Shown in pieces: positions 9,471 through 19,030 of a stretch of 64,000 nt of DNA. The translations under genes and the position numbers were made by a program. The notes below the pieces were generated by a model. The model was not told the DNA's origin and did not search any database. It saw only the letters and a program-made list of their open reading frames with translations. Every line of letters starts with the position of its first letter. Positions within the stretch are counted from its first letter, which is position 1. Source of the DNA: Dehalococcoidia bacterium (GTDB lineage Bacteria > Chloroflexota > Dehalococcoidia > Lucifugimonadales > G958296245); the NCBI GenBank assembly GCA_965262055.1, contig CBDHEI010000001.1:393883-457882 (forward strand). The letters are read 5' to 3'.

Positions 9471-10792
9471 CGCCCGGCCCCCAAGATTCCGCCGCTGAGC
9501 ATCCGGTCCAGGTGGCCGCGCAGGGACGCCAGCTCTATCGCGTCGACTATCTCGCTGGCGAAGCCGTGGACCAACAGCGCGCGCGCCGTCTTCTCGTCCA
9601 CCCCCCGGCTCATCATGTAGAAGATGGCTTCATCGGCCACGGCCCCGGCCGTAGCCCCGTGGAAGCACTGCACATCGTCCGCGTATATCTCCAGGCTCGG
9701 CTTCGTGTTGATCCTCGCGCCGTCGGAGAGCAACACGTTCTTGTCGGCCTGGCGGGCGTACGTCTTCTGGGCGTTGGGCCTGACCAGCACCCGGCCGCTG
9801 AACACCGCCTTCGAGTTGTCGTCCAGGATGCCCTTGAAGTACTGGTCGCTCGACGCGCCCGGCCCCGCGTGGTCCACGTCTATGTGGTTGTCGATATGCT
9901 CCGATCCGGTGGTGTAGTAGAGCCCCTTCAGCACACACGACGCCCCCGGAGCCTCGAGCACCACGCTGAGCCCGTTCCTGGCTATCCGCGCCCCGCGTGC
10001 GAAGGACGTGGAGCGGAAGGAGCTGTCGCGCTCCAGGCGCACGAAAGAGCTCCCTACGTGGAACGCGTTGGCGCTCTCCGCCATGTACCTGTAGTGCTCT
10101 ACGTTGGAGCCCTCCTGTGCGACGATCTCGGTCACCGCGTTGGTCAGGTAGGAGCCGGCCCCTAGGCCGACGTAGCTCTCCAGCACCGTGACCCTGCTGT
10201 TCCGGCCAGCCACGACCAGCGTCCTCGGATGGTTGGCGGACGGCTTGTCGCGGTCCGTCGACACGTACACCAAGTGTACGGTGGACGGCGCGTCGGCGTC
10301 GGGCTGCGCCTCCACGACGACCCCGTCTCGCAGGAAGGACGTGTTGAGGGCCACGAACGCGTCGTCGCCGGGGCTGGCCAAGCTGCCCAGGCTGTGCGGT
10401 GCGGCGGAGCCGTTGGAAATCGGATAGGACGATATCCTGTCCAGTCGCAGGCCGGGGGCGCCCAGGGGATTCGAGAACTCCTCGGAGTAGTGGCCGTCGA
10501 CGAAGACCAGCCGCGCTTCGTTCTCGTCCCACGGAGCGGCGGCGCGTAACTCGCCTGTCCCGGCCAGTCCCGGCTCGAACGCGTACCCCAACACCGCCCG
10601 GCTAATCGGCACGACGCTCGTGTACTTCCATTTCTCGTTGCCGCGGCTGGCAGTCGGGAACCCGGTATCGGCAAAGGCCTCCATCCCGCGCCTGCGCAGG
10701 TCTGCGAGCCACCCGGCCCCCCCGGGCGCGCTCGCTTCCAGCTCCAGGAAGTCGGCCCTGTACGTGTCCAGCGGAGAAAGGGTCTGGGTCAT
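9467..10792 (-). CDS. sufD: Fe-S cluster assembly protein SufD
   Basis: EKWKYT, FVALN, AQKT, KPSLEIYADDVQCFHGAT, FYMMSRG. Confidence 0.95.
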   Translation of the reverse strand: MTQTLSPLDTYRADFLELEASAPGGAGWLADLRRRGMEAFADTGFPTASRGNEKWKYTSVVPISRAVLGYAFEPGLAGTGELRAAAPWDENEARLVFVDGHYSEEFSNPLGAPGLRLDRISSYPISNGSAAPHSLGSLASPGDDAFVALNTSFLRDGVVVEAQPDADAPSTVHLVYVSTDRDKPSANHPRTLVVAGRNSRVTVLESYVGLGAGSYLTNAVTEIVAQEGSNVEHYRYMAESANAFHVGSSFVRLERDSSFRSTSFARGARIARNGLSVVLEAPGASCVLKGLYYTTGSEHIDNHIDVDHAGPGASSDQYFKGILDDNSKAVFSGRVLVRPNAQKTYARQADKNVLLSDGARINTKPSLEIYADDVQCFHGATAGAVADEAIFYMMSRGVDEKTARALLVHGFASEIVDAIELASLRGHLDRMLSGGILGAGR

Positions 10793-10803
10793 GGCTATGT
10801 CGG

Positions 10804-11565
10804 CTATGCGCCTACCCCCTCCGCCGCCTGTCGCAGCCATTCGTAGCCCCTCTCTTCCAGCTCCAGCGCAAGCTCGCGCCCCCCCGACTGCGCGATTCTG
10901 CCGTCCAGGAGGACGTGAACGTAGTCCGGGGTGATGTAGCTCAGTATGCGCTGGTAGTGCGTCACCAGGACGGTCGCGTTGTCAGGGCGGCGGCGCTGGT
11001 TGACGATGCCCGCGACCAGCCTCAGTGCGTCGATGTCCAGCCCGGAGTCGGTCTCGTCCAGCAGGGCGAGCCTTGGGTCCAGGACGGTCATCTGAAGCAT
11101 CTCGCTCCGCTTCTTTTCCCCCCCGGAGAACCCCTCGTTCACACCGCGCTTCATCAGCTCTGCGCCGATGTCCACGGCTTTGACGGCCTCGCGGTACATC
11201 TTGTCGAATTCGCGTGCCGAAAGCTCCTCCCGCCCCTGGTGGGCGCGCACCGCGTCCAGGGCCGCCTTGAGGAACTGCCGATTGCGCACCCCCGGCAGCT
11301 CCACCGGGTACTGGAAGGCGAGAAAGACCCCCCTGCGCGCCCGCTCGTCAGGGATCATATTCAGCAGGCTCTCGCCGTCGTACAAGACATCGCCGCCGGT
11401 CACGCCGTAGCCCGGCCTGCCGGCTATGACGTTCGTAAGCGTGCTCTTGCCGCTGCCGTTCGGCCCCATGATCGCGTGGACCTCGCCCTCGCCGATGGTC
11501 AGGCTGACACCCTTTAGGATTTCGGCATCTCCGACGGATACCCTCAGATTGTTGATTTCTAGCAT
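10804..11565 (-). CDS. sufC: Fe-S cluster assembly ATPase SufC
   Basis: GPNGSGKS, FLAFQYP, NEGFSGGEKKR, LDETDSGLDIDAL, THYQRIL. Confidence 0.97.
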   Translation of the reverse strand: MLEINNLRVSVGDAEILKGVSLTIGEGEVHAIMGPNGSGKSTLTNVIAGRPGYGVTGGDVLYDGESLLNMIPDERARRGVFLAFQYPVELPGVRNRQFLKAALDAVRAHQGREELSAREFDKMYREAVKAVDIGAELMKRGVNEGFSGGEKKRSEMLQMTVLDPRLALLDETDSGLDIDALRLVAGIVNQRRRPDNATVLVTHYQRILSYITPDYVHVLLDGRIAQSGGRELALELEERGYEWLRQAAEGVGA

Positions 11566-12071
11566 TTTGGCGCTTTCCCGTTTGAGTTTGTGGTCTGGAA
11601 TCGTACCGGCGCTGTGGTTGCCTTGAGATACAGCGGGTGCCTGGGCTGCCCCTTCTTGGTCATTCCAAAGTGGTACATCTTGTCCGACAGGCCCTCGTCC
11701 TCGAGCATCCTCAGCACGCTCTCTCCCCTGTCTAGGTGCTGCCCGTCGTTCCCCCATGCGCATACCACGCTGTTCGCACCTCTCGCCCGCCTCATGATGT
11801 GCCCGTCATTCATCCGCCCTACCGGGTCCGGCGACTGCTTCAGGATCTCCGGCTGCGGCGAGCGCATGGCGAACAGGTTGCACACCCACAGCACCCCGAA
11901 TCCCCAAGCGCGCGCGAAGCCCTTGCACCTCGTTACCGTCGGGTCCGACCTCGATTCGTCCGCCCTGCTCGGGTTCAGCATCAGGAAAAGGCAGACGCCG
12001 GCCCTGTCGGACAACTTCGCTTCGAGCCAGTAGCGGTAGCGGCGGTCACGCGAAAACGAAACATTGTGCAT
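11559..12071 (-). CDS. DUF1643-family protein
   Basis: RYRYWL, MLNPS.AD, DPT..RC..FA, NLFA.R, AWG, G.P.HPLY motifs; overlaps the sufC start. Confidence 0.85.
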   Translation of the reverse strand: MHNVSFSRDRRYRYWLEAKLSDRAGVCLFLMLNPSRADESRSDPTVTRCKGFARAWGFGVLWVCNLFAMRSPQPEILKQSPDPVGRMNDGHIMRRARGANSVVCAWGNDGQHLDRGESVLRMLEDEGLSDKMYHFGMTKKGQPRHPLYLKATTAPVRFQTTNSNGKAPKC

Positions 12072-12072
12072 C

Positions 12073-12429
12073 TCACGACCCGGCGTACTCCAGCACCTGC
12101 TCCACGAATCGCCTCACCACACGGCGTCCTCTCGCTAGGTCGTCGTCCTCCATGAAACCAATGCCAGAGTTGGCGCGGAAACCCCGCGCGGCTACAAACC
12201 CGCCGACCAGCGCGTCGTCGCCAGTCTCACGGGCTATCCTGTCGGCCGCAGCCGCCAAGTGGCGTTGGCTGTCATACAGCCAACCACGTTCCTGGGCCAC
12301 CATCATCACGGCATGGGCCGCCGCGCCCCACATCTTCTCCGAGCCCTGCAGGTCGTCCCCAGCTTCGAACTCGCGGTCCGCGGCTTCCAGGAAGTCCTGG
12401 GCCGTCTGCGTATGCTCTGTCGTTTGCAT
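12073..12429 (-). CDS. PaREP1-like (HEPN-superfamily) small protein
   Basis: 118 aa; FLE.A..EF..GD..QGSEK.WGAAA.A...VA..RGW pattern; GGGGTAGGG upstream; starts 2 nt after the sufB stop. Confidence 0.75.
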   Translation of the reverse strand: MQTTEHTQTAQDFLEAADREFEAGDDLQGSEKMWGAAAHAVMMVAQERGWLYDSQRHLAAAADRIARETGDDALVGGFVAARGFRANSGIGFMEDDDLARGRRVVRRFVEQVLEYAGS

Positions 12430-12431
12430 CC

Positions 12432-13889
12432 CTACCCCACCGCGCCCTCCAGGCTGACCCGCAGAAGCTGCTGAGCCTCCATTGCGAACTCGAACGGCAG
12501 CTCCTGGAATATGTCCCGGCAGAAGCCGTTGATGATCATGTAACGCGCCTCCTCCTCGGATATGCCGCGCTGCATGCAGTAGAAGAGCTTGTCGTCGCTC
12601 ACCCTGGACGTGGAGGCCTCGTGCTCCATGCGCGCCGTCGAGTTGCGCACCTCGATGTATGGCACGGTGTGGGCGCCGCACTCGTCCCCCACCAGCAGCG
12701 AGTCGCATTGGGTGAAGTTGGTTGCGTTGTCCGCCAAGGGCATGATCTGCACCAGCCCGCGGTATGTGTTGTTACCCTTTCCCGCGGAGATACCCTTGGC
12801 TACGATGGTGCTCTTGGTGTTCTTCCCGACGTGGATCATCTTCGTGCCGGTGTCGGCCTGCTGGTGGTTGTTGACCAGGGCCACCGAGTAGAACTCGCCA
12901 GTCGAGTCGTCCCCCTGCAGGATCACGCTGGGGTACTTCCAGGTGATCGCCGAACCGGTCTCTACCTGCGTCCATGAGATCTTGGACCGCCTGCCGGCCG
13001 CCTTGCCGCGCTTGGTCACGAAGTTGTAGACCCCGCCATTGCCTTCCTTGTCGCCGGGGTACCAGTTCTGGAGGGTCGAGTACTTGATCTCGGCGTCCTC
13101 CAGGGCCACCAGCTCGACGATAGCGGCATGGAGCTGGTGCGACTTGCGCATCGGCGCGGTGCAGCCCTCCAGGTAGCTGACGTACGAGCCCTCGTCGGCG
13201 ATTATCAGCGTCCGCTCGAACTGCCCCGTCTCCTCCGCGTTGATACGGAAGTAGGTCATCAGCTCCATGGGACACCGCACGCCGGGCGGGACGTAGACGA
13301 AGGAGCCGTCGCTGAAGACGGCCGAGTTAAGCGCGGCGTAAAAGTTATCTGTGGCTGGCACCACCGAGCCCAGGTACTTCTCCACAAGCTCCGGGTGGTG
13401 CTGCACGGCCTCGCTGACCGAGCAGAAGATCACCCCGGAGTCCTCCAACACCTTCTGGTAGGTCGTGGCCACCGAGACGCTGTCGAAGATGGCGTCCACC
13501 GCCACGCCGGTCATCTTCTTCTGCTCCTCTATCGGGATGCCCAGCTTGTCGAACGCCTCGATCAGCTCGGGGTCCACGTCGTCGAGGCTCTCCGGCGAGT
13601 CGCCCTTCTTCACGGGCGACGCGTAGTAGTGGAGGTCCTGGAAGTCGATGGGCGGGAACTCGACCTTGGCCCAGTTCGGCTCCCTGTCGCCCATCTTGAG
13701 CCAGCGCTGGTATGCCTTCAGCCGGAAGTCCAGCAGGAACTTGGGCTCGTTCTTCTTGGCCGAGATCATGCGGACAATCTGCTCGTCCAACCCCTTGGGA
13801 GCGATCTCGGACTCGATGTCCGTTACGAAGCCGTACCTGTAGTCGGTCTCGATCTCCGAGGTCCTCGATATCACATTTGGCGCTACCAA
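12432..13889 (-). CDS. sufB: Fe-S cluster assembly protein SufB
   Basis: [57 protein letters not shown]. Confidence 0.98.
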   Translation of the reverse strand: MVAPNVISRTSEIETDYRYGFVTDIESEIAPKGLDEQIVRMISAKKNEPKFLLDFRLKAYQRWLKMGDREPNWAKVEFPPIDFQDLHYYASPVKKGDSPESLDDVDPELIEAFDKLGIPIEEQKKMTGVAVDAIFDSVSVATTYQKVLEDSGVIFCSVSEAVQHHPELVEKYLGSVVPATDNFYAALNSAVFSDGSFVYVPPGVRCPMELMTYFRINAEETGQFERTLIIADEGSYVSYLEGCTAPMRKSHQLHAAIVELVALEDAEIKYSTLQNWYPGDKEGNGGVYNFVTKRGKAAGRRSKISWTQVETGSAITWKYPSVILQGDDSTGEFYSVALVNNHQQADTGTKMIHVGKNTKSTIVAKGISAGKGNNTYRGLVQIMPLADNATNFTQCDSLLVGDECGAHTVPYIEVRNSTARMEHEASTSRVSDDKLFYCMQRGISEEEARYMIINGFCRDIFQELPFEFAMEAQQLLRVSLEGAVG

Positions 13890-13902
13890 CGACGCCCCCT
13901 TA

Positions 13903-13927
13903 TTTCTTGAGTAATATGGTCAACAAT
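13903..13927 (-). promoter_or_regulatory. IscR type-1-like Rrf2 operator
   Basis: Minus strand ATTGTTGACCATATTACTCAAGAAA matches 20/25 of the IscR type-1 consensus ATASYYGACTRWWWYAGTCRRSTAT; lies between the -10 and the RBS of sufB. Confidence 0.75.
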
Positions 13928-13928
13928 C

Positions 13929-13958
13929 ATTGTAGCCACAACCCAGCGCCCCCGTCAA
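13929..13958 (-). promoter_or_regulatory. Sigma70-type promoter of the suf operon
   Basis: TTGACG-18 nt-TACAAT on the minus strand. Confidence 0.65.
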
Positions 13959-14164
13959 ACGAATCGCAAGCCCGCAAGCCAACCCGGTAAGGCCCGCCAC
14001 CATGACCAAGGAAACAGTCTGTCACGCCGTCCGTCCCAATCAGGTGGGGAATCTGGGAGATGCACCGACGCGGAAGGGGACACTCAGGGACCCAGGTCGG
14101 CGCCGTGAACACCACCCCGTCCCTTGTCCGACAGCCGCCCGGTGCCGCACCGATTCATCAATGC

Positions 14165-16156
14165 CTACGGAGGCGTCGATACATCCAGCTCCGCTGTCGC
14201 CAGGGTCGTGTTGCCACGCTTGAGCACAGCCGTCACAGTCCCTCCACTACCCGTGCATAGGTGCACCGGCATCGTCCTCACAAACGACGTGTCCCCCGGC
14301 GACACCGGTATCGACTGCGCGTGGTAGTAGCACACCTGATAGTGGAGAGCTATGCCTACCCCGCCGGCAGGCTCGTCGTTTACCCTGCTCACATCGATGG
14401 TGTAGCTGTCCGAAGACTCAAGGTTCAACGCCTTTATACTCACCCAGAAGACCTCCCCCACCTCCATCTCGAGGCTGTCCAACACGGTCGAGTCAAGGGT
14501 GTCCAGGAACAATACCACCGGTCTGTCGGTCGGTATCGCAGTGGGCGCCGGTGTGGGCGTGGGTGTAGCTGTGGGTGTGGGGGTTGGCGTGGCGGTGGGG
14601 GTGGGCGTGGGCGTGGGGGCATCGTGCCTGCGGACGCGCAGCATCAGCTTGTCCCCCGCGCTCCAGGGCTGGGTGGGCGCCGTCCAGGTCAGCGTGCCGC
14701 CGTCCTCGGCAACGTCGGCGACGACCAGCGACAGCGTGGTGGTGCCGTCCAGGCCAATGAAGTCGAGGGCCTGCCCGGTCACGTCGATGTCCAGGTCTGC
14801 CGTGACCCGGCCCGCCTGCCATGAGATCGTGCCCACAGTCGTCGTGCCGGTGATCGATGTGTTGGAAGCGTACGAGTCGAAGAACGACTCGGCCAGCGTG
14901 CCGTCAGGTGCGCTGACCGTGAAGACGTACTCCTCCCTGTCCCGCAAGGAATCGGAGAAATAGCCGCACGGCTTGTAGATTGGGTGACGCACGTGGTAGA
15001 AGAGACGGTACTCTGCGGCGGGCAGGGGCCGGACGATCGTGATGATCCCCAGGTAGGCGTAGCCGAACAGCTGGGCGTCCGGCCCCGTGTACCAGACATC
15101 CGGGGGCTCGTAGTTTGGGGGCGGGGCGGTCGGGCGGTCGCGCCGGTTAGTGCCTTGGGCGTACATCCCTGTGCCGGCGGGCTGGCCAGACCCCATCCGG
15201 CGGTCATACCGAAGGCTCTCCTGCCACTCACCGCGCTCCTTGCGCTCCCCGATTTCGCGCTCCCTCCGGTAGGCCCCGTAGACGCAAGCCCGGGCCTGTT
15301 CGTCTCCACCGCTTTCAGTTATCCAGCGCTCAATCTCCGCGATCCGGTTGGAGACATCATCCGCCGAGGCCGTGGGGACCTGGACCACAGACACCGTGCC
15401 TCCGGCGGCGGACCTGGTGACTCCACGGACGTCGCGGCCTGACACGGATGCGACATCGAACGGGTCGTCCAGGAAGAATCTCTGCTGACCGGAGCTGGCC
15501 GCCGTTATAGTGCTACCCGCCGACCTAGCCGCCGTGCTAGTCGCCACAGCGGGCAACCACGCCTTGAAGTAATCGTCGGATACCGATACATTGAAGATAT
15601 CGGGGGAGTCCAGATTCAGGTACCCCAGCCAGTAGTGGTCTTCCGTCGCGGACTCCCGCAGGAAGACCAGGGCTTCCCGGTCCACCCACCTGTCGTCCCA
15701 GACGGCCAACAGGGCCTGGGCCTTCTGGCGGGCCGAGTCCTGGGCCGCGTGCGTCACGCGGTCGTCGTCCCGTGGGTTGGCCGCTCCGTAAGCCACGGCC
15801 TTGATCTGGGTGCCGCCCGTGCCCTTGAGGTATTCGAGCACCGTGAAGGTGAACTCCAGGGACGCGACGTACCCCAGGGGTTCCCCAAGGCCCAGGGGCT
15901 CGTGGAAGCCCTGATCCAGAATGGCCCGGTACGTCTGGGAGTGTATTCCCACGGGCTCCGCCCGCAGGAACCGCACCCTGGCGATGACCGCCGAGGCCGC
16001 GATCTTCTCGTCCAGTGAAGGCGCACCGCCGTAAGACAACAGGGGACGATTCGGCGACACGGGGTGGTGGGTCGTAACCTCCGTCCTTATGGCCGCGAAC
16101 GCCAGTACGGCCACAAGCACCGCCACAGTCACCAGAACTGCTATTGTGAGTCGCAT
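14165..16156 (-). CDS. Module 1 partner protein B1 (exported; variable N-region, PT linker, conserved C-terminal beta-rich domains)
   Basis: Hydrophobic N-terminus MRLTIAVLVTVAVLVAVLAFAA; paralogous to 18277-20297 and 21796-23802. Confidence 0.85.
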   Translation of the reverse strand: MRLTIAVLVTVAVLVAVLAFAAIRTEVTTHHPVSPNRPLLSYGGAPSLDEKIAASAVIARVRFLRAEPVGIHSQTYRAILDQGFHEPLGLGEPLGYVASLEFTFTVLEYLKGTGGTQIKAVAYGAANPRDDDRVTHAAQDSARQKAQALLAVWDDRWVDREALVFLRESATEDHYWLGYLNLDSPDIFNVSVSDDYFKAWLPAVATSTAARSAGSTITAASSGQQRFFLDDPFDVASVSGRDVRGVTRSAAGGTVSVVQVPTASADDVSNRIAEIERWITESGGDEQARACVYGAYRREREIGERKERGEWQESLRYDRRMGSGQPAGTGMYAQGTNRRDRPTAPPPNYEPPDVWYTGPDAQLFGYAYLGIITIVRPLPAAEYRLFYHVRHPIYKPCGYFSDSLRDREEYVFTVSAPDGTLAESFFDSYASNTSITGTTTVGTISWQAGRVTADLDIDVTGQALDFIGLDGTTTLSLVVADVAEDGGTLTWTAPTQPWSAGDKLMLRVRRHDAPTPTPTPTATPTPTPTATPTPTPAPTAIPTDRPVVLFLDTLDSTVLDSLEMEVGEVFWVSIKALNLESSDSYTIDVSRVNDEPAGGVGIALHYQVCYYHAQSIPVSPGDTSFVRTMPVHLCTGSGGTVTAVLKRGNTTLATAELDVSTPP

Positions 16157-16166
16157 GAGAAACCTC

Positions 16167-17796
16167 TCAGTGTGGCCGCCCACCGTGCTGGCGGTAGACT
16201 TGGTGAGCGTACTCGATGTCCGTGGCGGGTATGCCGCCGTTGGGCAGTGGCTTCCTGTAACCCATCAGGTAGTGGTACTTGAGCGACGGAAACGCGTACA
16301 GGTCGTCCAACATTAGGGTATGACCCCACTCGTGGAGTGCGGTCCGGTAAAACCAGAGATACTTCTTCCAGGGGTTGTGGTCGACTTCTTCCAGATGCCG
16401 GTCTTCGTCAAGTGTCCATAGCCCCCGGACCGGCAGCCCCAGGTAGTAGTCCATCGCGACCACCGGGGTCACGATGGTGAGGCTGGAGGCCGAGATGTGG
16501 TCCGTAAGAGGGTTGGTTAACGGCCTCGTGTTGTAGACGCACGCGACAGCGAAGGGGGGGCAACTTGTGGTAGGCGCCGTCCTGACCTGCACATTGGCCT
16601 CGTCGCGGTTGCGACCCCGGCATTCGGGGCGATTGGAAGGGATTTCGCAGAACACTATGTCCGGCCAGGAACCCGACAGGGCCCGATGCCAGGTGTAGGC
16701 GGCGGCCCGCAGCATGGGGTACACGTCTTGGAGACTCATGTCGTCGGCAAAAGAGTCTTCCGACTCCTCGTCCGGCAGAGGCTCGAAGTAGAAAAAGACC
16801 GCATGATCACGCTGGTGAAGGCCGCCGTGAGGCACCAGCTCCTGCCGCACCATTTCCAGGGTTAGCCTCGTGGTGGCATCGACGGCCTGAGGGTTGACCA
16901 ACCGGGCCTCCACCACGTAATTGCCGCGGTCAAGCCCCATGCCCAATCTGCTATTGAGGGTGTTGGACTCTAGGCTGTCGTTGTTTGAACGCAGGAGGCC
17001 TCTACGCTCGAACTCGTGGTCCGCCCGGTGGAGCAAGATCTCGGTGTCCAGCCCGTGGCCCTTCAGGTCGACAATCACGTGTCCGTCTATAGGTAGGTGG
17101 AACTTGAACAGCTGGCACGCATTCCGCCAGTCAGCCGTTACGTCCCTGGTGAGCACCAGAGGGTCCAGACTGTGTTCCAGACAATCTGGTGTGGGGGTCG
17201 CGGTGGGCGTTGCCGGCTCGGCCGTTGGCGGCACGGGCGTGTCTGTGGGCGGTGGCAGCACGGGCGTGTCTGTGGGCGGTGGCGGCACGGGCGTGTCCGT
17301 GGGCGGTGGCGGCACGGGCGTGGGCGGGACGGGCGTGGGTGGCACGGGCGTGGGTGGCACGGGCGTGGGTGGCACGGGCGTGGGTGGCACGGGCGTGGGT
17401 GGTACGGGCGTGGGCGGCACGGGCGTGGGCGGCACCGGGCGTGGGCGGCACGGGCGTGGGCGGCACAGGCGTGGGCGCCACGGGCGTGGGCGGCACAGGC
17501 GTGGGTGGCACGGGCGTGGGCGGCACGGGCGTGGGCGGCACGGGCGTGGGCGGCACAGGCGTGGGCGGCACGGGCGTAGGCGGCACGGGCGTAGCGGTCG
17601 GGGCTGGCGTTAGGATCCAGCAGTAATGAGGGTTGTCGCAGCAATCGAGGTCATCGGGGCCGTCGCAGGGATCGTACCCGCGGCCGGATGTCGCCGGATC
17701 CGCCGCCGCGCTCTGCCGGCGGCTCCTGCGCGTTGACGTAGAGAGCGAACGTGAGACGGACGCCAGAACGAGCAGACCGACTAGCAACCTCACCAT
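16167..17796 (-). pseudogene. Module 1 protease A1: leader, Cys motif, about 18 PPTPV repeats, PPC-like domain, metzincin-like domain; frameshifted in the repeat tract
   Basis: ORFs 17131-17796 and 16167-17435 join across an extra C at about 17436; HEWGHTLMLDDL with downstream YLMG Met-turn. Confidence 0.75.
17230..17600. repeat. 15-bp tandem repeat (GGCGGCACGGGCGTG-type) encoding PPTPV, plus PPPPTDTPV units
   Basis: About 18 consecutive units; one unit has a 1-nt insertion. Confidence 0.95.
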
Positions 17797-19030
17797 ACCG
17801 GCCTCGCAATGCGAAAGGGGAAATCGGGGTCACTGGGGGCGCTTGGACGCGTTGGCCGACGCTACTTGCGGGTTACGGCAGTATCGACGCGACACAGTAA
17901 TCATATCACACCGATACAAGGCCCACACACTTACACTCGCGCAGACATACAAAGACCATGAGACGACTTCCGTCGCAGAGGTGGAATGCGACCCAACTTA
18001 GCCTTCTGTAGGTTAAACGAGCGTCTGGTAAGGCCTCGATATTCGCAGGGTTCGGGCGGCGTGTACAATGCAGCCGCTGGGACATCCACCTCCATGAGGG
18101 CTCGGAGGGCTGAAGATGGCTGAATACGATTATGACTTGGTGGTCATAGGGTAGGGTCCAGCGGACCAGCGCGCACGCCGATCAAACATGCCAGGGCCGG
18201 GTCCGGATGCTCGGTACATCCACCCAAGGACGACAACCCTGCTCGAACGGCACGCCCGGCGACCGGCCACAAACATCTACGGAGGCGTGGATACCTCCAG
18301 GTCGGCGGTGGCCAACGTCGTATCCCCCTGTTTCAGCACTGCCGTCACAGTCCCCCCAGTCCCCGTGCACAGCTTGACAGCCATCGTCCTGGCATACGAC
18401 GTGTTCCCAGACGACACGTCTATCGACTGAGGCGTGTATCCGCACGCCTGATAGTGGAACACGATGCCAACCCCGCCGGCAGGCTCGTCGTTCACCCGCG
18501 TCAACTCGATCGTGTAGCTGGCCGACCGCGCCAGGTTCAACGCCTGTATACTCACCCAAAAGACCTCCCCCACCGCCATCTCGAGGCTATCCAACACGCT
18601 CGCGTCAAGGCTGTCCAGGAACAGTATCACCGGTCTGTCGGTCGGTATCGCAGTGGGCGCCGGTGTGGGCGTGGGTGTAGCCGTCGGTGTGGGTGTTGGC
18701 GTGGCTGTGGGGGTGGACGTCGGCGTGGGGGCATCGTGCCGGCGGACGCGGAGCATCAGCTTGTCGCCGGCGCTCCAGGGCTGCGTGGGCACCGTCCAAG
18801 TCAGCGTCCCGCCATCCTCCGTGGCGTCGGCGACGATCAGCGACAGCGTGGTCGTGCCGTCCAGGCCGATGAAGTCTAGGGCGTGGCCGGTGACGTCGAT
18901 GGTCAGGTCCGCGGTGACCCGCCCCGCCTGTCCTGAGCCTGCCGAAGGGGACTGCCATGAGATCGTGCCCACGGTCGTGGTGCCGGTGACCTGTCCGGCA
19001 GACAGGTCGGCGTAGGGGTCGAAGAACGAC
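17579..19030. repeat. Long direct repeat, copy 1 (5' end of A1, intergenic region, 3' end of B2)
   Basis: Near-identical to 21097-22540 at offset 3518/3519 for the first about 750 bp, then strongly similar through the B C-terminal region. Confidence 0.9.
18116..18175 (+). pseudogene. 5' remnant of a pyridine nucleotide-disulfide oxidoreductase (SthA/Lpd-like)
   Basis: Reads MAEYDYDLVVIG*GPADQRA after a GGAGG RBS and TACAAT; resembles the FAD-binding start YDYDLVVIGSGPAGQRAA. Confidence 0.65.

Noticed and set aside
17230-17600. CRISPR array
   Set aside because: Contiguous 15-bp coding repeats with no unique spacers, and no cas genes.
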